DNA of 64,000 bases from Agarilytica sp. (GTDB lineage: Bacteria; Pseudomonadota; Gammaproteobacteria; Pseudomonadales; Cellvibrionaceae), in contig JAWSUY010000001.1 in assembly GCA_033852175.1 (NCBI GenBank), positions 463,408-527,407 of the forward strand. The letters are read 5' to 3'. The notes under the pieces are model-generated. The model did no database searches, was not told the origin of the DNA, and saw only the letters and a program-made list of their open reading frames with translations. Shown in pieces: positions 39,648 through 48,686 of this stretch. The position numbers and the translations under genes were made by a program. Position 1 is the stretch's first letter. The number at the start of each line of letters is the position of its first letter.

Positions 39648-40301
39648 TTAATCACAAAAATCGGACTCTGAAACTACCTTATAAATATTTTTACTTTCTA
39701 CATATTCGAGAAGGACAATACGATCACCCCTCTCAAAAACTTCGTCCTTATAGGACCTAACCTTTACCAGCAATCCAGCTCCGCCATCTTCGACCCTAGC
39801 CTCACCAAATTTTTTATCAACACGGCCCGTTCGAACAATTCCCACTTGGCCAACTATTGTTTTTTCTATATGTTGATCCGCCAACTTAAAAAGTTTGCGT
39901 AAAGGCTTAATCACTTGAGCAGTCACAATAATGGCCGCATAAAGGGCCGCTATAAATACAGCAATCCCCACAAATGGTTCAAAAAAGTCGGGCACAAAAG
40001 GAAATCCAAAATAAACAATGTAATAACTGAATAACCAACCCGTTGTTGATATGAGTGAAACAATGATCGGCAAAGGAACGCCATTGAGGCCCAGCTTCAT
40101 AGCTAAACCGGCAACGCCATTAACCCCCACATCGCCATCAGAAATGTCAGTATCGAGCACATCAATATCGATCACGCCCAAAAATGATATTAGCCAGTAG
40201 AAAACGCTGACAATAAGGAAAACACTAAATATAACGGTCGGAAAAGATGTGACTATGGAATAGAAACCGTCCATTTTGTCAGTGAGTAATATTGTAAACA
40301 C
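39648..40301 (-). CDS. yqiJ: NfeD-like membrane protein (YqiJ-like) partner of flotillin
   Basis: N-terminal multi-TM region and C-terminal OB-fold-like soluble domain (QVGIVRTGRVDKKFGEARVEDGGAGLLVKV); sits immediately upstream of flotillin, as in yqiJK. Confidence 0.65.
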   Translation of the reverse strand: MFTILLTDKMDGFYSIVTSFPTVIFSVFLIVSVFYWLISFLGVIDIDVLDTDISDGDVGVNGVAGLAMKLGLNGVPLPIIVSLISTTGWLFSYYIVYFGFPFVPDFFEPFVGIAVFIAALYAAIIVTAQVIKPLRKLFKLADQHIEKTIVGQVGIVRTGRVDKKFGEARVEDGGAGLLVKVRSYKDEVFERGDRIVLLEYVESKNIYKVVSESDFCD

Positions 40302-40653
40302 CTTAGTCCTCCTTTTTCTTTTGATACGATTATTTTGAGGCTAGCTTTCTAGCTAGAGCTAAACGCTCCTCGAAGTAATCCGCGATTTATTGTGGGATCT
40401 AATCCCAATCTGTAGCTTCGAAACATGCCTATGAATGGCCGCTAGCAAAATTTCCTTTTTTATTCTGTCTATCCCTTCTCGCTTTTTCTATCTTATGCCT
40501 TCCTTACCCTGCATTTTGTTCACTCCCTCGCTCCCTATCCGCCCTCTCCAGCCTTAAGCCTCAAGGGACACTTCACGCCTGACCATGCAGAACCATCTGG
40601 AGAAAAAGAGCAACAGCATAGCCTACGACACCCACGAAGCATACCCTCTAATT

Positions 40654-40977
40654 TCAGTTACGCTTCGCTATTTTTACTGCTGTACCATAGGCAAGCAGCT
40701 CTGCCGCCCCCCTCATCATTGAGGCGGTGGTAAACTTCACGCCAACGATGGCATCTGCCCCCATTATCGTGGCATCGACTATCATTCGATCAACCGCCTG
40801 CTCGCGTGACTCCGCTATCATTTTTGTGTATTCGGTAATCTCTCCACCGATAATCATCCGCAGGCCCGCAATAATATCTTTACCAACATGCCTCGCACGG
40901 ATGGTATTACCCTTAACTAAGCCAAGGGTTTCCGAAATGTCCAAATCGGCAAAATTGTCCTGCGTAGTTATCAGCAT
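40654..40977 (-). CDS. ybjQ: YbjQ/UPF0145 (DUF74) family protein
   Basis: 107 aa, collinear with E. coli YbjQ (GNTIRARHVGKDIIAGLRMIIGGEI..Y......R..A..RM...A..MGADAIVGVKF......G..E..AYGTAVK). Confidence 0.8.
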   Translation of the reverse strand: MLITTQDNFADLDISETLGLVKGNTIRARHVGKDIIAGLRMIIGGEITEYTKMIAESREQAVDRMIVDATIMGADAIVGVKFTTASMMRGAAELLAYGTAVKIAKRN

Positions 40978-41189
40978 TATTTTTCCACCTTTTTTGAATA
41001 GTAATCATCTTCCTTGTTCGCCAATCGCTCTTTGACAACCTTGGTCATAAACACGCCAATACTCAGCAAGAGCAGCAAACCAACAAAACCGTAGGGTAGC
41101 AGTGCCAACAAACCCAAAAACATCGCCACCAGATAAGAACCCACAACCATGATCAAAAGTGCATATCCAACTTTTTCATATTTATCCAT
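40977..41189 (-). CDS. Small 2-TM membrane protein
   Basis: 70 aa, two hydrophobic helices, Lys/Glu-rich tail; stop overlaps the ybjQ start. Confidence 0.45.
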   Translation of the reverse strand: MDKYEKVGYALLIMVVGSYLVAMFLGLLALLPYGFVGLLLLLSIGVFMTKVVKERLANKEDDYYSKKVEK

Positions 41190-41412
41190 ATCGACCTCCC
41201 AGCTTTTCCAGTAAGTGATTCATCCATGAATCCTTCAACATCCTGTAACAGCTATCCTTACTAAACCGCTCCTTTGAGGATTTCTCCCTTAGCTTCCTTG
41301 CTACCAACACGGTAAATAGGCAGTCCATTTTCCTATTCACACCCGCAATGCCTCCTGACAAATACGGTTCCTCCTTGATGCCCTTGCATCCATTTCCTCA
41401 TTCCGCAATCCT

Positions 41413-42096
41413 TTACTTATTCTTCAAACGTTCAAGCACTTTTTCAGCACTCGATCCGTTAGGCGCTATCCCAGCGGCTTTTAGTTTTTCATCCAATGAA
41501 TCTTCAGTTCCGTCCTGGGAAATTTCACTTGCCGCATTAATTTTTGCTTGCTTTAGATCCTGCTTTTCTTTGATCCGATCTAACGAGTCCATCGCTGTGC
41601 GCAATTTGGAATTGGTGCCGCTGTGGCGCTCAGCTACGGCCGACTGTGCCCGCAGCACATTCTCTGTCGCTTTGACCGTATCCACTTGCTGCTTCAATCG
41701 CCGAATATTTTGTTCCGCATTTTTTATTGCCGTGCGCAGGTCATTTGCATTTGATGCAAAACTTTTTCCTGCTTCACTTTCTGTTGCAAATTGATTTTCA
41801 AGATCAGCAACCTTTTGCGCCACCTCCATTGCCAACGTGTCATCTCCTTTTTTAAGCGCCTGACCCGCATAGCCCTCATACTCATCAATATTCGCCTTCA
41901 GCTGGTCGGCCTTTTCTTCAGCCAACTTTTGCCGCGCAATAATCGACGCAAGCCCATCTTTAGACTGCCTTAACTCTTCAGTTGCATCTCGGACCTCTTG
42001 ATCCAAAATTCGTAATGCCTGCGAATCTATCGCGGCTTCTCCGGCTTCGTTCAATCCGCCGCGTAATGCTGTTACCAGTTTTGACCACATGTTCAT
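41413..42096 (-). CDS. yjfJ: PspA/IM30-family (ESCRT-III superfamily) protein, YjfJ-like
   Basis: Helical coiled-coil protein collinear with E. coli YjfJ/PspA, including C-terminal LDEKLKAAGI...SAEKVLERLK. Start ATG 42096 has an AGGA RBS; the track ORF is 5'-extended. Confidence 0.8.
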   Translation of the reverse strand: MNMWSKLVTALRGGLNEAGEAAIDSQALRILDQEVRDATEELRQSKDGLASIIARQKLAEEKADQLKANIDEYEGYAGQALKKGDDTLAMEVAQKVADLENQFATESEAGKSFASNANDLRTAIKNAEQNIRRLKQQVDTVKATENVLRAQSAVAERHSGTNSKLRTAMDSLDRIKEKQDLKQAKINAASEISQDGTEDSLDEKLKAAGIAPNGSSAEKVLERLKNK

Positions 42097-42106
42097 TTCC
42101 TTTTTC

Positions 42107-42739
42107 TCATTTCGTCGCTTGTTTTTGCAGGAGCAAATATTCGCTATAGGCTTCTGCGGCTTGAATAACATTTGAAGCCAAGACTTCAATTTCAAAAATT
42201 ACGTTCGATAGAATCGAGGTTGCGCTCAACGCACCGAACATTTGGTAATAGGCTTTGCCGTCTCCCAGCACGTCTAAGCTGATTGTCGATAACGGAAAGA
42301 ATTTATGGGTTCGCAATACGGCATCATTAAAGCCCTGCGTATCTGCCACCTCATCTTCAGACCAAAGCACGGCTTCCACCAATATCTGCTCACCCGATAC
42401 GGTTAAGAACAGGGGAAGATCACCTTGATCATGCATCACAAAATGCACCGCTGGGGCCACACCATCGATCAATTCAATGGTTGCCTTATCCCCGTCAAAG
42501 AGGGGATCTACCGCTAACGCATCGAACAAACTTTGTGTCGTCCACTTTTTCATTTCTGTCATTTCCAGTACTCCATTTTCCAATAAGGTTTCATCAAATT
42601 CTGCACGCAGAAGCTTTTCAAATTTCGCTAACCACTTTGCATTCTCTGGCAGAATCCACGCTTCTTTCTTTACGAGGCCCAACTCTCTGAGCCGCCGCCG
42701 GTATTCACGCTGATAATGTGCTGATGTCTTCTCTTTCAT
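42107..42739 (-). CDS. Hypothetical protein co-operonic with the PspA-family gene (position analogous to E. coli yjfI)
   Basis: 210-aa ORF ending 10 nt before the PspA start; no motif recognised by eye. Confidence 0.4.
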   Translation of the reverse strand: MKEKTSAHYQREYRRRLRELGLVKKEAWILPENAKWLAKFEKLLRAEFDETLLENGVLEMTEMKKWTTQSLFDALAVDPLFDGDKATIELIDGVAPAVHFVMHDQGDLPLFLTVSGEQILVEAVLWSEDEVADTQGFNDAVLRTHKFFPLSTISLDVLGDGKAYYQMFGALSATSILSNVIFEIEVLASNVIQAAEAYSEYLLLQKQATK

Positions 42740-42757
42740 GTGACCTACCTTATAGCC

Positions 42758-42815
42758 TTACATGTAATGCGTCAATAATAATTACATGTAACGCGCAAAC
42801 ATTATTACATGTAAC
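42758..42815. promoter_or_regulatory. Three copies of the perfect 10-bp palindrome TTACATGTAA (42758-42767, 42783-42792, 42806-42815); putative operator/UAS of the psp-like cluster (and/or divergent hemH)
   Basis: Read directly in the sequence; spacing 25 and 23 bp; located 19-76 bp upstream of the minus-strand start at 42739. Confidence 0.5.
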
Positions 42816-43071
42816 ATTTGATATTACGAAATCGCCCATCGCTAACATCTATATATCCGCTATCTTGTACATTTTTAGGGCTATACAGAGCCATCTGAAC
42901 ATTGATTTGGCAAAAATCCCTAAAGCACTCCCCCGTACCCGTAATTTCACATAGACTTCAGCTGCTTTAACACTGCAACGTAATAAACTAGCCCCACCCA
43001 GAAAGGTATGCCTGCTGAGGCTCGACTTCTGGACGGTGCTAACTCTGTGATTTGGAAAGGGCAGGTACTCT

Positions 43072-44196
43072 GTGGCTTATAAAGATTCTTCATATTTCAC
43101 CCACACACAGCAAGATAAAGTCGGCCTGTTGATCACCAACCTCGGCACTCCCGATGCGCCGACGACAAAGGCTGTGCGACGGTACCTGAAAGAATTTTTG
43201 TCTGACCCTCGCGTGGTGGAGATTCCCCGCTTGATCTGGTGGTTCATGCTCAACGTTGTCATTTTGAACATCAGACCCAGCCGCTCTGCCAAGGCCTACC
43301 AAAAGGTCTGGAAGGAGGAGGGTTCTCCACTCGCTGTGCATACCGAAAAGCAGGCCCGCTTATTACATGACAAGCTAAAGCAAAGTTGGGGCGACGACAT
43401 TTTAGTGGAGCATGGGATGCGCTACGGATCTCCATCTATAGAGAGTGCTCTGCAAAAACTGATAGAGCAGGGAGCACGCAAGTTATTGGTCATGCCCATG
43501 TACCCTCAGTATTCCGGCTCGACCACCGCTTCAACATTCGATGCCATCGCTAAGGATTTTGGTTCGCGTCGATTGCTGCCCGAATTCAGGTTTATCAATA
43601 ACTATCACGATTTTGGCCCTTACATTGAAGCGCTTGCGACTTCGGTTCGACAATATTGGGAAGACAATGGCCGCGCGCAGATGCTGTTGTTTTCGTATCA
43701 CGGCCTACCTATGAATTTTCTGCATAACGGCGACCCTTATCATTGCCATTGCCATAAGACCTCTCGGTTACTGGCTGCGGCGCTAGACCTCAAAGATGAC
43801 GAGTGGACTACTGCATTTCAATCTCGTATGGGTCGCGAACCTTGGTTGCAGCCGTATGCTAATGAGACGTTGAAGTCCTTCCCCGGAAAAGGCATTAAGT
43901 CAGTGCAGGTTGTGTGCCCTGGATTTCCGGCAGACTGTCTCGAAACCATTGAAGAAATTGGAATGGAAAACCGTGAATATTTTATGGAAGCAGGCGGGGA
44001 GAAGTATCAATACATTCCCTCACTGAACGATCAAGACATCCACATTGATGCATTGGCTCAACTGGCCGAGAAACATTTGGGCGGATGGCGAGAAGACTTT
44101 GCGCCTAGCTCCAGCTCTACAACAGCCTCAGGCTGCCCAGCATCACGATCTGAATTATTTAAAGCTCACGGCTATAACCAGAAGAGTGAAACTTAA
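43072..44196 (+). CDS. hemH: Ferrochelatase
   Basis: Collinear with E. coli HemH (LGTPDAPT, RYLKEFLSD.RVV, MRYGSPS, PMYPQYS, GFPADCLETIEEI); about 50-aa C-terminal extension. Confidence 0.85.
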   Translation: MAYKDSSYFTHTQQDKVGLLITNLGTPDAPTTKAVRRYLKEFLSDPRVVEIPRLIWWFMLNVVILNIRPSRSAKAYQKVWKEEGSPLAVHTEKQARLLHDKLKQSWGDDILVEHGMRYGSPSIESALQKLIEQGARKLLVMPMYPQYSGSTTASTFDAIAKDFGSRRLLPEFRFINNYHDFGPYIEALATSVRQYWEDNGRAQMLLFSYHGLPMNFLHNGDPYHCHCHKTSRLLAAALDLKDDEWTTAFQSRMGREPWLQPYANETLKSFPGKGIKSVQVVCPGFPADCLETIEEIGMENREYFMEAGGEKYQYIPSLNDQDIHIDALAQLAEKHLGGWREDFAPSSSSTTASGCPASRSELFKAHGYNQKSET

Positions 44197-44310
44197 TTTC
44201 ATCTCAACGCTCTTTATACCGGAATCGCTACGCTGGAAACTAACTTCAGCATGGTTCACTGCTTATTGAAGTATCCGCACTAATTTTACTTTTTAGACTA
44301 GGACGCCACT

Positions 44311-46617
44311 TTGGCAAAACGCAAAACAAAACAAACCAAAAAAACCGGATTTCCTTGGCGAGTTTTGACCTTACTTATTATCGGATTTTCGATACCTCTC
44401 GCCGTCTATACTTTTTACTTAGATCGTCTGGTCGTTTCTCAGTTTGAAGGCAAAAAGTTTTCCCTGCCTGCAAAAGTATTCGCGCGACCACTAGAGCTAT
44501 ACAGCCAAAAAAATATCACAGCAAAGCAACTCGAACAAGAACTGGGTTTTCTAAACTACACGCGCGCAAACCGTGTAACGCACCCTGGGCAATACAAACA
44601 AACCGCCAATGCGATTGAAATTTATGTTCGGCCTTTTACCTATTGGGATGGTGCGCAGGTTTCTCAGCATGTTCGTATTTTTTTCAAGCGCGGCATTGTT
44701 AATACGATTGTTGATATTGATAGCAGCGAGTCAGTTGAGTTACTGCGGCTGGACCCAGTTACCATCGGCGGCATTTACCCCAACCAAGGTGAAGACCGCA
44801 CCTTGGTTCGGTTGCAGCAAGTCCCCAAAACACTGATCAATGCCTTGATCGCAATCGAAGACAAACGTTTTTATCACCATCATGGCGTCGATCCGAAAGC
44901 GATTCTGCGAGCGGTAACGACAATTATTTTTAGTAAGTCTCTCCAGGGCGGCAGCACACTCACTCAGCAACTGGTTAAAAACTTTTATTTAACGCCCGAG
45001 CGAACCATTCGCCGAAAAGTTAAAGAAATGATTATGGCCATACTGCTGGAACTGCATTACAGCAAGAACGAGATTTTAGAAACTTATATTAATGAAGTGT
45101 ATTTTGCACAGGATAGAAACCGAGCCATTCATGGTTTTGCATTGGCGAGTCAGTTTTACTTTTCCCGCAGCATAGAACACATAACACTCGACCAAGCCGC
45201 CTTACTGGTTGGCATGCTGAAAGGCCCTGCGCTGTATAACCCACGAAAACACCCGCAACGCGCAAAAAAACGCCGCAATACCGTTCTTATGGCAATGCTC
45301 GACCAAAGTTTTATTAAACGTTCAGTTTTTGATAGCGCCAGTAACGCAAAAATTCATGTCAGCAAGATTACAAACCGTGGACAGTCTCCGTACCCAGCCT
45401 TTATGGACTTGGTTATACGTCAGCTAAAGCGTGACTATAAAGAATCCGATTTGCGCACAGAGGGTTTGCGAATATTTACCAGCCTGAACCCTTTGACACA
45501 AAACGCTGCCGAAACATCGCTAAGCTCACGGTTAGTTCAACTTGAAAAGTCACGACAATTACCTCCTAAACATTTGCAAGGCAGCGTAGTGATTGTGAAT
45601 GTAGCCGACGGCGAAGTCAGTGCGATTGTCGGCGATCGAAATACTAGCTTCCCTGGATTTAACCGCGCGCTCGATGCTTCACGGCAAATCGGCTCATTAA
45701 TTAAACCGGCTATTTATTTAACAGCTTTAAGCCAACCCGAAAAATACCACCTTGCCAGCCCACTAGACGACAGCCCCTTTACTTGGAGCGAACCCGGGAT
45801 TGAGGATTGGAGCCCGTTAAATTATGACAAAAAATTTCATGACGAAGTACCACTTTGGTTAGCGTTGGCGAAATCGTATAACGTCGCAGCCGCGCGTTTA
45901 GGTACAGAGCTTGGCGTTGAATCGGTAATGAATATGGCAGGGCGCTTAGGCGTCGAAAAATCACTTCCCAATTATGCTTCTGGCTTACTGGGTACGGTTC
46001 ACCTCACGCCCTACCAAGTTGCCCAGATGTATCACACGATTGCTAACGGAGGGTTCCGTACATCATTTCGGGCTATTCGTAATGTAACCACTACAGATGG
46101 CGTTCCGCTTAACCGCTACAAACTCAGAGTAGCGCAAGCCATTCCCAGTACTCCAAATTATTTATTAGTAAGAGGTTTACAGGAAGTGGTGAGTAACGGA
46201 ACTGCCAGCGGCTTAAAACGTTATCTTTCAAAAAATATTCATGCGGCAGGGAAAACGGGAACCACGGATAATTTGCGCGATAGCTGGTTTGCAGGTTTTA
46301 CCGGGAACCATGTGGCCGTCGTGTGGGTTGGCAATGATAAAAACGAAAGTATTAAGCTCACTGGCGCAAGTGGGGCGCTAACTATTTGGGGGGATATTAT
46401 GAAACAAATTTCTCCAACGCCGATTAACATGATTGCACCTGAAGGAATCGAGCTCTTAGGCATCGATAAAACCACTGGATTTCTAAGTTCAAGGAATTGC
46501 CAAAGTAGTCGTGCGCTGCCCTTTGACCAGAACTCAATTGAAAACGAAGCCCAATACTGTGGCAGAATAAAACAGAATAAAATTAAATCATGGATTAAAG
46601 GAATATTTGGCCGATGA
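44311..46617 (+). CDS. mrcB: Penicillin-binding protein 1B (bifunctional glycosyltransferase/transpeptidase)
   Basis: N-terminal TM, UB2H-like region, GT51 motifs (EDKRFYHHHGVD, GGSTLTQQL), transpeptidase SLIKP (SxxK) and KTGTT. Confidence 0.85.
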   Translation: MAKRKTKQTKKTGFPWRVLTLLIIGFSIPLAVYTFYLDRLVVSQFEGKKFSLPAKVFARPLELYSQKNITAKQLEQELGFLNYTRANRVTHPGQYKQTANAIEIYVRPFTYWDGAQVSQHVRIFFKRGIVNTIVDIDSSESVELLRLDPVTIGGIYPNQGEDRTLVRLQQVPKTLINALIAIEDKRFYHHHGVDPKAILRAVTTIIFSKSLQGGSTLTQQLVKNFYLTPERTIRRKVKEMIMAILLELHYSKNEILETYINEVYFAQDRNRAIHGFALASQFYFSRSIEHITLDQAALLVGMLKGPALYNPRKHPQRAKKRRNTVLMAMLDQSFIKRSVFDSASNAKIHVSKITNRGQSPYPAFMDLVIRQLKRDYKESDLRTEGLRIFTSLNPLTQNAAETSLSSRLVQLEKSRQLPPKHLQGSVVIVNVADGEVSAIVGDRNTSFPGFNRALDASRQIGSLIKPAIYLTALSQPEKYHLASPLDDSPFTWSEPGIEDWSPLNYDKKFHDEVPLWLALAKSYNVAAARLGTELGVESVMNMAGRLGVEKSLPNYASGLLGTVHLTPYQVAQMYHTIANGGFRTSFRAIRNVTTTDGVPLNRYKLRVAQAIPSTPNYLLVRGLQEVVSNGTASGLKRYLSKNIHAAGKTGTTDNLRDSWFAGFTGNHVAVVWVGNDKNESIKLTGASGALTIWGDIMKQISPTPINMIAPEGIELLGIDKTTGFLSSRNCQSSRALPFDQNSIENEAQYCGRIKQNKIKSWIKGIFGR

Positions 46618-47000
46618 TTTCTCAGTACGTATCGCTGCAATTACTGACACAGCGATTACTCGCACCTCTGTTACTCACACTGCTTATTACTGCATGCGGC
46701 ACAATGCCCCTCATTCTTCGGCCGCCCATTTCAACCAATCCTGCGGTTGTCCAACTGATTGATGATGCCTTCTGGCATATTGACCATGAACAATACGAGC
46801 TTGCCACATCGAAACTGGAGCGCGCACTTCGTGTAGAACCCAGTAATGCAGCTCTTTGGTTCGAGTTGGCTGAAGTGCATTTATTGCAGAACGACGCCAT
46901 CAACGCACGTAATTTCGCCGTTCGTGCGAAAAGCCTCTCGCGAGATTCAGCACTTTCACGCGACATCGATCAATTTGTTTTACGGCTTGATGAAATGTAA
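46614..47000 (+). CDS. TPR-repeat lipoprotein immediately downstream of mrcB; LpoP-like PBP1B activator candidate
   Basis: Start overlaps mrcB stop (ATGA); lipobox LITAC; TPR-like helices (ALRVEPSNAALWFELAEVHLLQNDAINARNFAVRA). Confidence 0.5.
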   Translation: MISQYVSLQLLTQRLLAPLLLTLLITACGTMPLILRPPISTNPAVVQLIDDAFWHIDHEQYELATSKLERALRVEPSNAALWFELAEVHLLQNDAINARNFAVRAKSLSRDSALSRDIDQFVLRLDEM

Positions 47001-47176
47001 AAGGCCATAATTTTTATTGCACCAGAGCTCGAGATGAACTTGGAATTTTTAGTTATTAAACTCAGTCTCGACATTCAAGAAGATGCTAAGCACTATGACA
47101 TAGTTGACCTGGGCGCCCACAATCGATCATCTTTCCCGCCTAAATCTCGTCTATTTAGGTTAAGAAAGCCGATCAA

Positions 47177-47959
47177 ATGGCAAAGACTTTGAATAGCAGC
47201 TTAACTACTAAGATGAGCTTGTTTAGGATGCACAGTCCTCTGAAATTGATAAATCACGTTATACGGAGCCTGGGTTTTCTCACCTTTTTTATTTGCCTGC
47301 CTGCTCATAGCGTCCAACATCTGCGCATGGGCTATATCGAATTCCCGCCGCATTACTACACCGATGAAAACGGCGCCGCCGGAGGACTGTTGATCGACCT
47401 TATAAAGTCGCTGGCGAGACAGTCTGGTTACACCGTCGCCTTCCACTCATACCCTGCAAACCGCTTAGTTCAATATTTAGTGGAAGGGAAGCTGGATCTT
47501 TTTATTGGTTTAAGCTCGCTGCCCCAATTTGTGGAGGCCACCTTTATATCCGACGTGGTTGTCGGCAAACTTTTTATGCGGGTATATTCATTAACCCCAC
47601 TCCCAGACGAATCGCATAAAGAGGATTTAGCTGGATCACGTGTTTTGATCATTCGAGGTTACAGCTATGGGGACTGGCTTCGGTATATAAAAGATCCGAT
47701 CAATAACGTGGATATTCGAATAGCCGATACACACTTGCAAGCACTGAATATGATCAACCAGCGGCCCATCGATTACCTATTGGATTACAAGCTGCCGATT
47801 ATTCATGCCGCACAAAATACAGACGTACCGGACCTGTTTTTTAATGATATTGATTCATATCCATTGCATATTATTATTTCGAAAAAATCCCCGAACGGGG
47901 AGAAAGCCCTGAAGGCACTTCAAAACGCATATCGCGTACTTTTCCCAAAAGGAGAATAA
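47177..47959 (+). CDS. Periplasmic substrate-binding protein, family 3 (orphan SBP)
   Basis: SBP_bac_3-like two-lobe pattern; N-terminal signal-like hydrophobic region; start uncertain. Confidence 0.55.
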   Translation: MAKTLNSSLTTKMSLFRMHSPLKLINHVIRSLGFLTFFICLPAHSVQHLRMGYIEFPPHYYTDENGAAGGLLIDLIKSLARQSGYTVAFHSYPANRLVQYLVEGKLDLFIGLSSLPQFVEATFISDVVVGKLFMRVYSLTPLPDESHKEDLAGSRVLIIRGYSYGDWLRYIKDPINNVDIRIADTHLQALNMINQRPIDYLLDYKLPIIHAAQNTDVPDLFFNDIDSYPLHIIISKKSPNGEKALKALQNAYRVLFPKGE

Positions 47960-48166
47960 TAGCCCAACAACTGAAATCGAGAATTAACGCCCTATAAGCA
48001 GGACGCTCTGCAACGTACATAAAATATCCGGTTTGCATCACTCGACGTGAACACCCGGTCATTCCTCGCAACTCGCAACACTTATGCAAGAACCCGCAGT
48101 ACAAAGAAGGAGTTGCATTTATTCTCAGCAGATATCAAATTATGTATGGAGACAAATGCGTCGCCA

Positions 48167-48685
48167 TCATGCATTCACAATGGCGTTGAGCACATGGTCT
48201 TCCCATTGACCATTTATAAAAATATATCGCTTAGCAAGCCCTTCTCTAGTAAACCCCAGGCTCTTCAACAATACTTCTGAACGTGTATTACGTGGCATGT
48301 GGTTTGCCATAATACGATTGAGCTTTAGGTTGGAAAAAGCATATTGAATAGCGTGAAGGCAAAGCTTTTTCATGTAGCCTTTGCCTTCATGCTCTTTTCC
48401 AATCGCGTAGCCCATGTAGCAGGCCTGAAAATAGCCGTACATGATGCCGGTAAGATTACAAACGGAAACCACCTCCTTTGACGCGGGACTGAGCATAATA
48501 AAATATGCCGACAGGCCTTTCTCTTGGACCTGTACCCTGTCATTCACGCGGCTGACCCAGGACTCATAACTGTGGTAATTCGGATCGCGGTTGGGTTCCC
48601 ATGGGTTCAGGTGATCAGCATTATCGGTATAAAATTTTGATAACAGCTCAGCATCATCTCTGGAAACTAATTTGATCTCCATCAC
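48167..48685 (-). CDS. GNAT-family N-acetyltransferase (RimJ/RimL-like)
   Basis: Acetyl-CoA binding motif region (AIGKEHEGKGYMKKL) and GNAT fold length. Confidence 0.7.
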   Translation of the reverse strand: MMEIKLVSRDDAELLSKFYTDNADHLNPWEPNRDPNYHSYESWVSRVNDRVQVQEKGLSAYFIMLSPASKEVVSVCNLTGIMYGYFQACYMGYAIGKEHEGKGYMKKLCLHAIQYAFSNLKLNRIMANHMPRNTRSEVLLKSLGFTREGLAKRYIFINGQWEDHVLNAIVNA

Positions 48686-48686
48686 C

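Noticed and set aside
28880-42800. Prophage or integrative element interpretation of the 30-43-kb cluster
   Set aside because: No integrase, terminase, capsid or tail genes. The genes are homologs of chromosomal membrane-stress proteins, and GC content is similar to the flanks.
42758-42815. TTACATGTAA repeats as LexA (SOS) boxes or CRP sites
   Set aside because: The LexA consensus CTGT-N8-ACAG and the CRP consensus TGTGA-N6-TCACA do not fit a 10-bp TTACATGTAA palindrome.
46239-46640. 133-aa minus-strand ORF antisense to the mrcB 3' end and TPR lipoprotein start
   Set aside because: Overlaps two translationally coupled, well-supported plus-strand genes.
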